Source: Candidatus Saccharimonadota bacterium
GTDB lineage: Bacteria > Bacteroidota > Bacteroidia > Flavobacteriales > Blattabacteriaceae
DNA: 32,000 nt
Assembly (NCBI RefSeq): GCF_033372575.1
Contig: NZ_CP104094.1
Span: 116,408-148,407, forward strand
Direction of reading: 5' to 3'
Part shown: positions 8,344 through 17,379 of the stretch, piece after piece
How positions within the stretch are numbered: the first letter of the stretch is position 1
Layout of the letters: each line of letters begins with the position of its first letter
Program-made: the position numbers and the translations under genes
The notes under the pieces: generated by a model
What the model saw: only the letters and a program-made list of their open reading frames with translations
What the model was told of the DNA's origin: nothing
The model's database searches: none

Positions 8344-9257
8344 ATATAATATGTTTTTAAATTTTTTGAAGCTTCAGTATTAGGAAATATTTTTTGTGCC
8401 TCTTTTTCTAACTCTTTAATATTACGATATCTACATGAATAATGTCCTAATAATAATTTTTTAACATTCGATAACTTAGCAATATTTGCAGCTTGTATAG
8501 TAGTTGAGTGACCTCTGAATTTAGCAGTATTATTAAAATTATGTAAATATGTTGATTCATGGTATAATAAATCTACTTTATTTAAATATTTAGTAATTTC
8601 AGGAGAATATGAAGTATCTGTACAAAATGCATATGATAATGGTTTTTTTGGTTTAAATGTTAAATAACTATTAGGTATTATTTGACCATTTTTTTTAATA
8701 AAATCTTTACCTTTTTTAATATTTAAATAATCAGAAATTTTAATTTCTTTTATTTTTTTTACATTATTAATATTTAAATTTTTTAATCTTTTTTTTTCTT
8801 TAAATAAAAAACCATTTGTATATATTTTATGTTTTAAAGGAATTATATATATTTTTACAGTATCATTATCAAATATTTTTTTAAATTTTTTAGAATTTAA
8901 TATTATAAAATTTAACTTATATGTAATATTTGATTTAGACCATTTAAAATTTTCATAAATTATTTTATTTAATCCATTAGGAGTATAAATATTTAATGGG
9001 TTTTTTCTACCTAATAATTGATAAGTTGCTAAAATTCCCATAATACCATAATAATGATCTCCATGTAGATGAGAAATAAATATATTATTTATTTTATTAA
9101 TTTTTATTTTAGATTTTATTAATTGTACTTGAGTGCCTTCTCCACAATCAATTAAAAAATAATTTTCTCTCATATATAATATTTGTGAAGTAGGATAATA
9201 ATTATTAGTAGGTAATGATGAATTACAACCTAATATTGTTATGTTTGATTTTATCAT
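8340..9257 (-). CDS. rnz: Ribonuclease Z (tRNA 3' endonuclease)
   Basis: 305 aa. Metallo-beta-lactamase motif 'ISHLHGDHYYG', an N-terminal 'ITILGCNSSLPT', and a length typical of short-form RNase Z. Confidence 0.8.
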   Translation of the reverse strand: MIKSNITILGCNSSLPTNNYYPTSQILYMRENYFLIDCGEGTQVQLIKSKIKINKINNIFISHLHGDHYYGIMGILATYQLLGRKNPLNIYTPNGLNKIIYENFKWSKSNITYKLNFIILNSKKFKKIFDNDTVKIYIIPLKHKIYTNGFLFKEKKRLKNLNINNVKKIKEIKISDYLNIKKGKDFIKKNGQIIPNSYLTFKPKKPLSYAFCTDTSYSPEITKYLNKVDLLYHESTYLHNFNNTAKFRGHSTTIQAANIAKLSNVKKLLLGHYSCRYRNIKELEKEAQKIFPNTEASKNLKTYYI

Positions 9258-9302
9258 TATATTATATTATTATTAATTATTTATTAAAATAAATAATTAA
9301 TA

Positions 9303-11726
9303 ATGTATAAAGAAACCCCTTTAATAAAACAATATTATAATTTAAAAAAACAATATCCTGATAATATATTATTATTTCAAGTAGGTGATTTTTATGAAAT
9401 ATTTGGTTATGATGCAATATATTGTTCAAAAATACTAGATATTACTTTAACCAAAAGAAATAAAAAAAATAATAATAGTATTTATTTAATAGGCTTTCCA
9501 TGTAAAGCATTAAATACTTATTTAAAAAAATTAATAAAAAATAATATTAAAGTGGCAATTTGTAATCAAACTAAAAACGAGATAGAAAAAGATAATTTAA
9601 TAGATAGAAAAATTACTAATATTGTAACATCTGGAATTTCTATATATGAAGATATAACAAAAACAAAAAAAATAAAAAAATTTGTAGCTTCATTATATAT
9701 TGAAAAAAATAATAAACAAATTGGTATATCATTAATTGATTTTTCAACTGGAGAATTATTAACTACAGAAGGAAATTTAAAATATATTAAACATATAATA
9801 AATTGTTATAAACCAATAGAATATTTAATACAAAAAAGTAAAAAAAAAATATTTAATAATTACTTTAATAATATTAAAAATATTAATTTATTAGACGATA
9901 ATATTTTTAATTATAATAATTTATATAATAAATTATTAGAACATTTTAAAGTTTTTTCTTTAAATGGTTTTGGTTTAAAAGATATGAGATTAAGTATTAT
10001 ATCATCTGGTATATTAATATTTTATATAAATAATTATTATAATTTAAATTTAAATCATGTTAATAGAATTAAAAAAATACAAATTAATAAATATGTTTGG
10101 ATAGATGATTCAACATTAAAAAATTTAGAAATTATAAAATCTATTAATAAAACAGGAAAATCTTTATTAGATATATTAGATAATACATATACATCAATGG
10201 GTTATCGTCTTTTAAATAATTGGTTAATATTTCCTTTAAAAGATAAAAAAAAAATTTATAATAGACAAAAAATAATAGATAATTATTTTAAAATTAAAGA
10301 AAATATTAAATTTAATATTATTTATAATTTAAAATTTATTTATGATATAGAAAGATTATTATCTAAAATATCAAATAATAAAATTAATCCAAATCAATTA
10401 TATAAATTAATAAATTCAATAAATAGAATTAAAATTATATTTAAATTATTAAAAATTAATAATAATAATAAAATATTTAATTTTAAATATAAATATATTA
10501 AAAAATTAAATAAAATATATAATAATATTAATAATGTTTTAATAGAAAATCCAATTAATAAATTTAATAAATTATTTTTTATTAATAAAAATATTTCTAA
10601 AAAATTAGATTTATATAAAAAAAAATTAAAAAATAATAAAAAATATATATTCAATTATTATAATAAATTAAAAAAAAAATTAAATATAGATTATTTAATT
10701 ATTAAAAATAATGATATTTTAGGTTATTATATAGAAATTAAAAAAAGTGATAACAAAAAAATTCCTAAAAGTTGGATAAAAAAACAAAAATTATCTTTAC
10801 ATATTAGATATACTACTAAATTAATTAATAAATTTGAATATAACATTTATAATATTAAAAAATTAATATTTTCATATGAAAATATTATTTTCAATAAAAT
10901 AATTAATTATTTAAATAAAAAAATAATAGTTTTAAAAAAAATTTCATATTATATTGCTAAATTAGATGTTTTATTATCTTTTTATTTAGCAGCTAAAGAA
11001 AATAATTATACTAAACCAAAAATAATAAAAAACAAATTAAATAGCATTAATATAATAAAAGGTAGACATCCAGTAATAGAAAAAACTATGGAAATTACAA
11101 ATAATTATATACCTAATAATATATATTTAGATAATTTTAATAATCAAATATTAATTATTACTGGACCTAATATGTCAGGTAAATCAGCTATATTAAGACA
11201 AACTGCTTTAATAGTAATAATGGTACAAATTGGTAGTTTTGTACCTGCTAAAAAAGTAGAAATTAATATAATAGATAAAATATTTAGTAGAATAGGAGCA
11301 TCTGATAATATATCAATGGGTGAATCTACATTTATGGTAGAAATGAATGAAACAGCTAATATATTAAATAATTTTTCAAAAAATAGTTTAATTATAATGG
11401 ATGAAATTGGAAGAGGTACAAGTACATATGAAGGAATATCTTTATCTTATTCAATAATAAAATATTTTATTAATAATAAATTAAAACCTAGAGTATTATT
11501 TGCAACACATTATCATGAATTAAATAAATTATTAAATTATAAAAATTATATAAAATATTATTATTTTACAATAAAAAAAAAAAATAATAATTTTATATTT
11601 ATTAGAAAATTACAAGAAGGTTTAAGTAATAATAGTTTTGGTTATTATATTGCTAAAATTGCGGGTATACCTAATCAAGTAATTAAAGAAACAAAAAAAA
11701 TTAATTTATTATTAAAAAATAAATAA
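9303..11726 (+). CDS. mutS: DNA mismatch repair protein MutS
   Basis: 807 aa. 'TPLIKQYYNLKKQYPDNILLFQVGDFYEIFGYDA' (mismatch-binding domain), Walker A 'TGPNMSGKSAILRQ', 'MDEIGRGTSTYEG' and 'FATHYHEL'. It appears intact. Confidence 0.9.
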   Translation: MYKETPLIKQYYNLKKQYPDNILLFQVGDFYEIFGYDAIYCSKILDITLTKRNKKNNNSIYLIGFPCKALNTYLKKLIKNNIKVAICNQTKNEIEKDNLIDRKITNIVTSGISIYEDITKTKKIKKFVASLYIEKNNKQIGISLIDFSTGELLTTEGNLKYIKHIINCYKPIEYLIQKSKKKIFNNYFNNIKNINLLDDNIFNYNNLYNKLLEHFKVFSLNGFGLKDMRLSIISSGILIFYINNYYNLNLNHVNRIKKIQINKYVWIDDSTLKNLEIIKSINKTGKSLLDILDNTYTSMGYRLLNNWLIFPLKDKKKIYNRQKIIDNYFKIKENIKFNIIYNLKFIYDIERLLSKISNNKINPNQLYKLINSINRIKIIFKLLKINNNNKIFNFKYKYIKKLNKIYNNINNVLIENPINKFNKLFFINKNISKKLDLYKKKLKNNKKYIFNYYNKLKKKLNIDYLIIKNNDILGYYIEIKKSDNKKIPKSWIKKQKLSLHIRYTTKLINKFEYNIYNIKKLIFSYENIIFNKIINYLNKKIIVLKKISYYIAKLDVLLSFYLAAKENNYTKPKIIKNKLNSINIIKGRHPVIEKTMEITNNYIPNNIYLDNFNNQILIITGPNMSGKSAILRQTALIVIMVQIGSFVPAKKVEINIIDKIFSRIGASDNISMGESTFMVEMNETANILNNFSKNSLIIMDEIGRGTSTYEGISLSYSIIKYFINNKLKPRVLFATHYHELNKLLNYKNYIKYYYFTIKKKNNNFIFIRKLQEGLSNNSFGYYIAKIAGIPNQVIKETKKINLLLKNK

Positions 11727-11791
11727 AAATTATTAAAATTATTTAATTATTTTATATTATATTTTATATTATATTAATTAATATAACTATA

Positions 11792-11864
11792 GCGATAGTA
11801 GTTCAATTGGTAGAACATAACTTTGCCAAGGTTAAGGTAACGGGTTCGATCCCCGTCTATCGCT
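11792..11864 (+). tRNA. tRNA-Gly (anticodon GCC)
   Basis: 73-nt cloverleaf. Acceptor gcgatag/ctatcgc, anticodon stem taact/ggtta with loop ttGCCaa, T arm with gggttcgatcccc, discriminator U. No CCA. Confidence 0.9.
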
Positions 11865-11867
11865 AAC

Positions 11868-11956
11868 GCCTAGATGGTGAAATTGGTAAACACGCAGGAC
11901 TTAAAATCCTGTTATTCAATTAATGAATTTTGCGGGTTCAAGTCCCGCTCTAGGCA
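11868..11956 (+). tRNA. tRNA-Leu (anticodon UAA), class II with long variable arm
   Basis: 89 nt. Acceptor gcctaga/tctaggc, anticodon stem cagga/tcctg with loop ctTAAaa, variable-arm helix attca/tgaat, T arm gcggg-ttcaagt-cccgc. It lies 3 nt after tRNA-Gly. No CCA. Confidence 0.85.
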
Positions 11957-13242
11957 TATATGTTTTTTTTTTTGATGTAGAAACAACTGGTTTACCAAAA
12001 GATAATAAATTTATTGTAGAAAAAATTTTACAATGGCCTCGTTTAATACAAATATCATGGCAATTATATAATAATAAATATAATTTAATAGATATAAAAA
12101 ATTATTATATAAAAAATATAAAATTAAATAAAAACAATAGATATATAATATATGGAAAAAAAAGAACAATTAAAGAAATATTAAAAGAATTTTATAAAAT
12201 TTTAAAAAAATCCTATTTTATAATAGGACATAATATTAATTTTGATTGTAATATAATTATAGGAGAATATTATAGATTAAATTATAAATTTAAAAATATT
12301 TTTATAAATAAAAAAAGAATAAATACAATAAAAATAAAAAATAATAATTACTATTTAAGTTTAAAAAATACTTTTAATTTATTATATAAAGAAAAAAAAA
12401 ATTATTTATTTCATAATTCATTATATGATATATATATTAATATTTTCGTATTTCTAAAATTAATATATTATAAATTAATAAAATTTAATTTTAAATTTAA
12501 TATAAAAAAGTTTTTAGTTAATATACCAATTTATAATAATAAGAATATAAAATTAAAGAATAAAATAAATTATTTTAATATACATAATCACTCATATTAT
12601 TCAATATTTAATTCTACTATAAAATTTAAAAATTTAATTAATAAATCAATAAAATATAATATGAAAGCAGTAGGCATAACCGATAATAATATGATGGGAG
12701 TATATAATTTTTATTATGAAATTAATAAAATTAATAAAATTAATAAAATAAATAAAAAAAAATTTATAAAAGGTATAGTAGGATGTGAAATAAATATAAA
12801 AATAAAAAATAAATTATATCCTTATATTTTAATAATAAAAAATATAAAAGGTTATTATAATTTAATAAAAATTAATTCTTATAGTTATATAAAAACAAAA
12901 AATATTAATTATATAGATAGAAAAATTATTAAAAAATATTCAAAAGGTTTAATATTTTTAACAGGGACTTTAAAATCTGAAATTTCTTATTATATAAAAA
13001 AAAATAAAATTAAGAAAGCAATAAAAATATTATTATATTGGAAAAAAATATTTAAAAATAATCTATTTATTGAAATTTTTAGATATGGTTTGAAAAATGA
13101 AAAAAAAGTTAATAAATATTTAATTTTTTTATCTAAAAAATATAATATTAAATATATTAATCAACAAGAAACTTTTTATCTTAATAAATCAGATTATAAA
13201 ATCTATAAAATTTTATTATGTATAAAAAAAAAAAAAATATAA
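11923..13242 (+). CDS. dnaE: DNA polymerase III alpha subunit, 5' segment: DEDDh (epsilon-like) 3'-5' exonuclease domain plus PHP domain. The first 34 nt overlap tRNA-Leu if the ATG at 11923 is used.
   Basis: Exo I 'FFDVETTGL', Exo II 'IIGHNINFD' and Exo III 'FHNSLYDI', followed by PHP 'FNIHNHSYYSIFNS....AVGITDNNMMG'. The segment ends at a TAA just after an A14 tract and is colinear with the next ORF. Confidence 0.8.
   Translation: MNFAGSSPALGIYVFFFDVETTGLPKDNKFIVEKILQWPRLIQISWQLYNNKYNLIDIKNYYIKNIKLNKNNRYIIYGKKRTIKEILKEFYKILKKSYFIIGHNINFDCNIIIGEYYRLNYKFKNIFINKKRINTIKIKNNNYYLSLKNTFNLLYKEKKNYLFHNSLYDIYINIFVFLKLIYYKLIKFNFKFNIKKFLVNIPIYNNKNIKLKNKINYFNIHNHSYYSIFNSTIKFKNLINKSIKYNMKAVGITDNNMMGVYNFYYEINKINKINKINKKKFIKGIVGCEINIKIKNKLYPYILIIKNIKGYYNLIKINSYSYIKTKNINYIDRKIIKKYSKGLIFLTGTLKSEISYYIKKNKIKKAIKILLYWKKIFKNNLFIEIFRYGLKNEKKVNKYLIFLSKKYNIKYINQQETFYLNKSDYKIYKILLCIKKKKI
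11963..11973 (+). repeat. T11 homopolymer between an out-of-frame ATG (11960) and the dnaE exonuclease motif
   Basis: Counted directly: atg + t(11) + gatgtagaaacaactggt. With T12 the ATG at 11960 would read MFFFFDVETTGL in frame with the dnaE ORF. Confidence 0.9.
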
Positions 13243-15992
13243 ATAATAATAATGATACATTTCCTAAAAATATTTTTTATTTAAAAAAATATTCAAAAAT
13301 AAAAAATAAATTTAAAAATTTTAAAAAAGGTTTCAAAAATTTAAATATTTTATTTAAAAAAGTAAAAAATATAAATCTTAAATATAATATTTTATTACCA
13401 ATTTATAAAATTTCAAAAAGAAATTATAATAAAATTAATAAATTATTTAAATTAAAAATTAATAAAAAAAACGTTAATTATTTATATTTAAAATATTTAA
13501 TTTATAAAGGGGCTAAAAAAAAATATATAAAAATTAATGATATAATAAAGAAAAGAATTATAAAAGAATTAAAAATAATAAAATATAAAAAATTTGTAAA
13601 TTATTTTTTAATTGTTTATGATTTAATTAAAACAGCTAAAAAATTAGATATTTACGTTGGTCCTGGTAGAGGTTCAGTGGCTGGTTCTATAATAGCATAT
13701 TGTTTAAATATTACTAAAATTGATCCTATAAAATTTAAATTAATATTTGAAAGATTTTTAAATAATGAAAGAATTAAATTACCTGATATAGATATTGATT
13801 TAGAAGATAAAGGAAGAAAAAAATTATTATTATATATTTATTACAAATATGGAGGTAATGTAGCAAATATTATAACTTATAATAAAATAGGTGCAAAAAC
13901 TGCAATTAAAGATGTATCTAGAGTATTTTATTTATCGTTTAAAGAAGCTAATAAATTATCTAAAATGATAAATAATAATTTTACATTAAAACAAATTTTA
14001 TCAAAAAAAAATAATATTTTAGTATTTAAAAAAAAATTATCATTAAGTAAATTTAATAATATTTTAAAAATTAGAAAGATATATAATGATAAAAATTCTA
14101 TAAAAAGTAAAATTTTAAAATACGCAAAACACTTAGAAGGATTAATAAGATGTATTGGAATACATGCTTGTGGGATCATAATAACTAGTAAAAAATTATT
14201 TAATTATATCCCATTAATGTATAATAATAAAAATAATAATTTGTTATTAACACAATATGATAAAAAATGTATAGAAAATATTGGATTATTAAAAATTGAT
14301 TTATTAGCGTTAAAAACATTAAATATAATTAAAAATAGTTTATTAGAAATTAGAAATAACAAAAAATCAATTAATTTTAATTTATATGATTATAATACAT
14401 ATAAATTATTTAATAGTTCAAAAACAATAGGAATATTTCAATTTGATTCAGATAATATAAGAATAATATTAAATATTATGAAACCTAATTGGTTTAAAGA
14501 TTTAATTGCTATTAATGCATTGTATAGACCTGGTACAATAAATAATTTATATGAATATTTATTAAGAAAAAAAAATAAAAAAATTATACATTATGAAATT
14601 AAAGATATAAAAAAATATTTAATTGAAACATATGGACTAACACTTTATCAAGAACAAGTAATATTAATTGCTAGAAAATTATCAGGTATTAGTAATACTG
14701 ATGCAGATCTTTTAAGAGAAGCAATAGGAAAAAAAAATATTAATAAATTAAATTTAATTAAAAAAAATTTTTTTAAAAAAGCAATTAAAAAAGGTTATTT
14801 ATTAAATAAATTAAATAAAATATGGAGATCTTGGGAAAATTTTGTTTTATATGCTTTTAATAAAGCACATGCAACTTGTTATTCATATATTTCTTATCAA
14901 ACAGGATATTTAAAAATTAATTATCCAATAGAATTTATGTGTACTTTATTAAATAATAATATAAAAAACAAAAACAAAATTGAAAGTTTTATAAATGAGG
15001 CAAAAAGATTAAAAATAAAAATTTTACCACCTGATATAAATATTAGTAAATATAATTTTATTATAGAAAAAAAAATATATATTAGATCAGGTTTAGGAAT
15101 AATTAATAATTTAGGAGAAAAAACAGTTAAAAAAATAGCCAAAAATAAACCATTTAAATCTTTAACCGATTTTTTAAATAAAATAAAAATTAAAATAATT
15201 AATAAAAAAGTAATAAAATCATTAATATTATCAGGTGCTTTTGATAGTTTTAAAATAAAGAGATATATATATTTTTTAAAATATAAAAATGATTTAAATG
15301 TAATTAATTATTTGTTATTAAAAAAAAAAAAGAATAAAAAAATTGATAAAATAATTAATAAAATATTAAAAATTAAAAATAAAATTAATAAACAATATAT
15401 TAAATTATATTATATAAATAAACAAAAAAAGATATTAGGTTATTATGTAAAATTACATCCTTTATATTATTATAAATTGGAAATAATATATTTAAAATTA
15501 AATAATTTAAAACAAAAATATTATAAAAATAATAAATTTTATTATTTTTATGGAATAATAAAAAAAATTTATAATAATAATAATAATTATTATATATTAA
15601 TCGAAGATAATTTATATCAAAAAAAAAAATTATTTATTAATAATAATTTATATAATAAAAATATAATTAAATTATATAATATAATAGTTATTAAATGTTA
15701 TTTTATATACAATAATATAAAAATATTAAATATTTTAGATATAAATGATATTTTTAATTATTATAAATTAATGTTATTAACCATTAATATTAATATTATT
15801 ATTAACTATAAGAAGATAATAAAAAAATTTTTATATTTTAAAAAAATATATAAAGGAAAACAAAAAATATATATTCTAATTTATTATTTTAATAATATAT
15901 ATAAAAAAATTATTATAAATAATATAAAAATTAATAGAAATATTTTAATATTTTTAAATAAACATAAAAATATTAAATATTCATTATTATAA
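13218..15992 (+). CDS. dnaE: DNA polymerase III alpha subunit, 3' segment (palm/fingers, HhH, OB region)
   Basis: 924 aa. 'GPGRGSVAGSIIAYCLNITKIDPIKFKLIFERFLNNERIKLPDIDIDL' (catalytic aspartates), 'GIHACGIIIT', 'YRPG' and 'YQEQV'. The Met at 13218 is probably not a real start. The segment continues the upstream ORF after a frame change. Confidence 0.85.
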   Translation: MYKKKKNINNNNDTFPKNIFYLKKYSKIKNKFKNFKKGFKNLNILFKKVKNINLKYNILLPIYKISKRNYNKINKLFKLKINKKNVNYLYLKYLIYKGAKKKYIKINDIIKKRIIKELKIIKYKKFVNYFLIVYDLIKTAKKLDIYVGPGRGSVAGSIIAYCLNITKIDPIKFKLIFERFLNNERIKLPDIDIDLEDKGRKKLLLYIYYKYGGNVANIITYNKIGAKTAIKDVSRVFYLSFKEANKLSKMINNNFTLKQILSKKNNILVFKKKLSLSKFNNILKIRKIYNDKNSIKSKILKYAKHLEGLIRCIGIHACGIIITSKKLFNYIPLMYNNKNNNLLLTQYDKKCIENIGLLKIDLLALKTLNIIKNSLLEIRNNKKSINFNLYDYNTYKLFNSSKTIGIFQFDSDNIRIILNIMKPNWFKDLIAINALYRPGTINNLYEYLLRKKNKKIIHYEIKDIKKYLIETYGLTLYQEQVILIARKLSGISNTDADLLREAIGKKNINKLNLIKKNFFKKAIKKGYLLNKLNKIWRSWENFVLYAFNKAHATCYSYISYQTGYLKINYPIEFMCTLLNNNIKNKNKIESFINEAKRLKIKILPPDINISKYNFIIEKKIYIRSGLGIINNLGEKTVKKIAKNKPFKSLTDFLNKIKIKIINKKVIKSLILSGAFDSFKIKRYIYFLKYKNDLNVINYLLLKKKKNKKIDKIINKILKIKNKINKQYIKLYYINKQKKILGYYVKLHPLYYYKLEIIYLKLNNLKQKYYKNNKFYYFYGIIKKIYNNNNNYYILIEDNLYQKKKLFINNNLYNKNIIKLYNIIVIKCYFIYNNIKILNILDINDIFNYYKLMLLTININIIINYKKIIKKFLYFKKIYKGKQKIYILIYYFNNIYKKIIINNIKINRNILIFLNKHKNIKYSLL
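13224..13237 (+). repeat. A14 homopolymer at the dnaE frame junction (candidate slippage site or homopolymer miscall)
   Basis: Counted directly. The upstream frame reads ..LLCIKKKKI*. One additional A gives ..LLCIKKKKNINNNNDTFPKNIFYLKK.., which is the downstream frame. Confidence 0.9.
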
Positions 15993-16011
15993 TAATTAAA
16001 ATATTTATAAA

Positions 16012-16989
16012 TTATATTATTAAACCTAATTTTTTTTTAATTAAAAAAATTTTTTTTTTAGCTATTTTATTAACCTTTTTATAACCATTATATAAAATAT
16101 TTTTTATAATATTTTTATTATTAATATAATAATAATATTTTTTTCTTTCTTTTTCGTAAAAATATAATATATATTTATATAATTTTTTTTTAATATTATA
16201 AAATCCTATTTTATTATTTTTAATTTTTTCTTTTAAAGATGTAAATTCTTCTTTATTTGTAATTATTTTATATAATTTTAATAATATAGTATTTTTAATT
16301 TCCTCATAATTAATTGATTTTATTGATTTATTAGTAGTTTTTATACTCATTATTTGTTTATTTAAATTATCTTTATCATCAAAAATATTAATAATATTAT
16401 TTTTTGATTTACTCATTTTATTACCATCTATACCTGGTATTATATAATTATATTTAATTTTATATTTAGGTATAATAAACAAATTATATTTTAATTTGTT
16501 ATTTATTATTTTTGCTATTTTTCTAGTAATTTCTATATGTTGTTTTTGATCTTTTCCAATAATTACTTTATTAATGTCATATAATAAAATATCAGATGCC
16601 ATTAATATTGGATAATTAATTATTCCAGTATTTAAATTGTTTTTATTACTTTTAAAAACATGACATAATTTTAATCTATTAAATGGATAAAAACAATTTA
16701 AATACCAAAATAATTCATTTATTTCTTTAATATCAGATTGTCTATAAAAAAATACATTTTTAGTAAATTTTAAAAATGATAACCAAGTAGCAGCATTTTT
16801 ATATATATTATTTTTTAAAGTATTATTATTTTTATAATTAGTAATAGAATGTAAATCAGCTATAAAAATAAAAAATAAATAATTTTTTTTTGATTTAATA
16901 TATGATAAAGTAGGTAAAATAATACTATAAATATTAGCTATATGTGGAATTCCTGAACTTTGTATCCCTGTAATAATTTTTTTATTCAT
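16012..16989 (-). CDS. trpS: Tryptophanyl-tRNA synthetase
   Basis: 325 aa. 'ITGIQSSGIPHIANIYS' (HIGH-type region) and 'GNKMSKSKNN' (KMSKS), with a class I TrpRS length. Confidence 0.85.
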   Translation of the reverse strand: MNKKIITGIQSSGIPHIANIYSIILPTLSYIKSKKNYLFFIFIADLHSITNYKNNNTLKNNIYKNAATWLSFLKFTKNVFFYRQSDIKEINELFWYLNCFYPFNRLKLCHVFKSNKNNLNTGIINYPILMASDILLYDINKVIIGKDQKQHIEITRKIAKIINNKLKYNLFIIPKYKIKYNYIIPGIDGNKMSKSKNNIINIFDDKDNLNKQIMSIKTTNKSIKSINYEEIKNTILLKLYKIITNKEEFTSLKEKIKNNKIGFYNIKKKLYKYILYFYEKERKKYYYYINNKNIIKNILYNGYKKVNKIAKKKIFLIKKKLGLII

Positions 16990-17041
16990 TATATAATATA
17001 GGTAATGGATAAATTATTATTTATCCTATCCTACTTACAAT

Positions 17042-17362
17042 TTAAATATGTTTTATTTTAATAATTTTTAATTTAGTTAATATTTGTCTATGTCCAATTT
17101 TTTTTTTATATCCTTTTCTTTTTTTTTTTTTAAAAATAATAATTTTATTAGTTTTAATATGATTTATTACTATAGCTTTAATAATAAAATTTTTAATTAT
17201 TGGATTTCCAATTAATATTTTATTATTTTTATCTTTTATCAATAAAATATTATTTTTAAATTTAATAATTTTATTAATTTTATAATTTAATTTATTTAAA
17301 TAAATAAATTTATTAGGAAATATTAAATATTGAATATTACCAATTTTAATTACTGCTTCCAT
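17042..17362 (-). CDS. rplU: 50S ribosomal protein L21
   Basis: 106 aa. 'MEAVIKIGNIQYLI' and 'KKKIGHRQILTKLKI' match L21 motifs. Confidence 0.85.
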   Translation of the reverse strand: MEAVIKIGNIQYLIFPNKFIYLNKLNYKINKIIKFKNNILLIKDKNNKILIGNPIIKNFIIKAIVINHIKTNKIIIFKKKKRKGYKKKIGHRQILTKLKIIKIKHI

Positions 17363-17379
17363 ATAATTATTAAATTAAT

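Noticed and set aside
12715-12762. Short tandem repeat (attaataaa x3-4) encoding KINKINKINK inside the dnaE PHP region.
   Set aside because: It is in frame, short, and of the same composition as the genome background. It is likely trivial slippage-generated low complexity, not a distinct element.
17007-17026. 8-bp hairpin (ggataaat-tatt-atttatcc) between rplU and trpS, considered as a terminator.
   Set aside because: The stem is short and A+T-rich with no following U-run on the transcribed (minus) strand. Such hairpins are expected by chance at this base composition.
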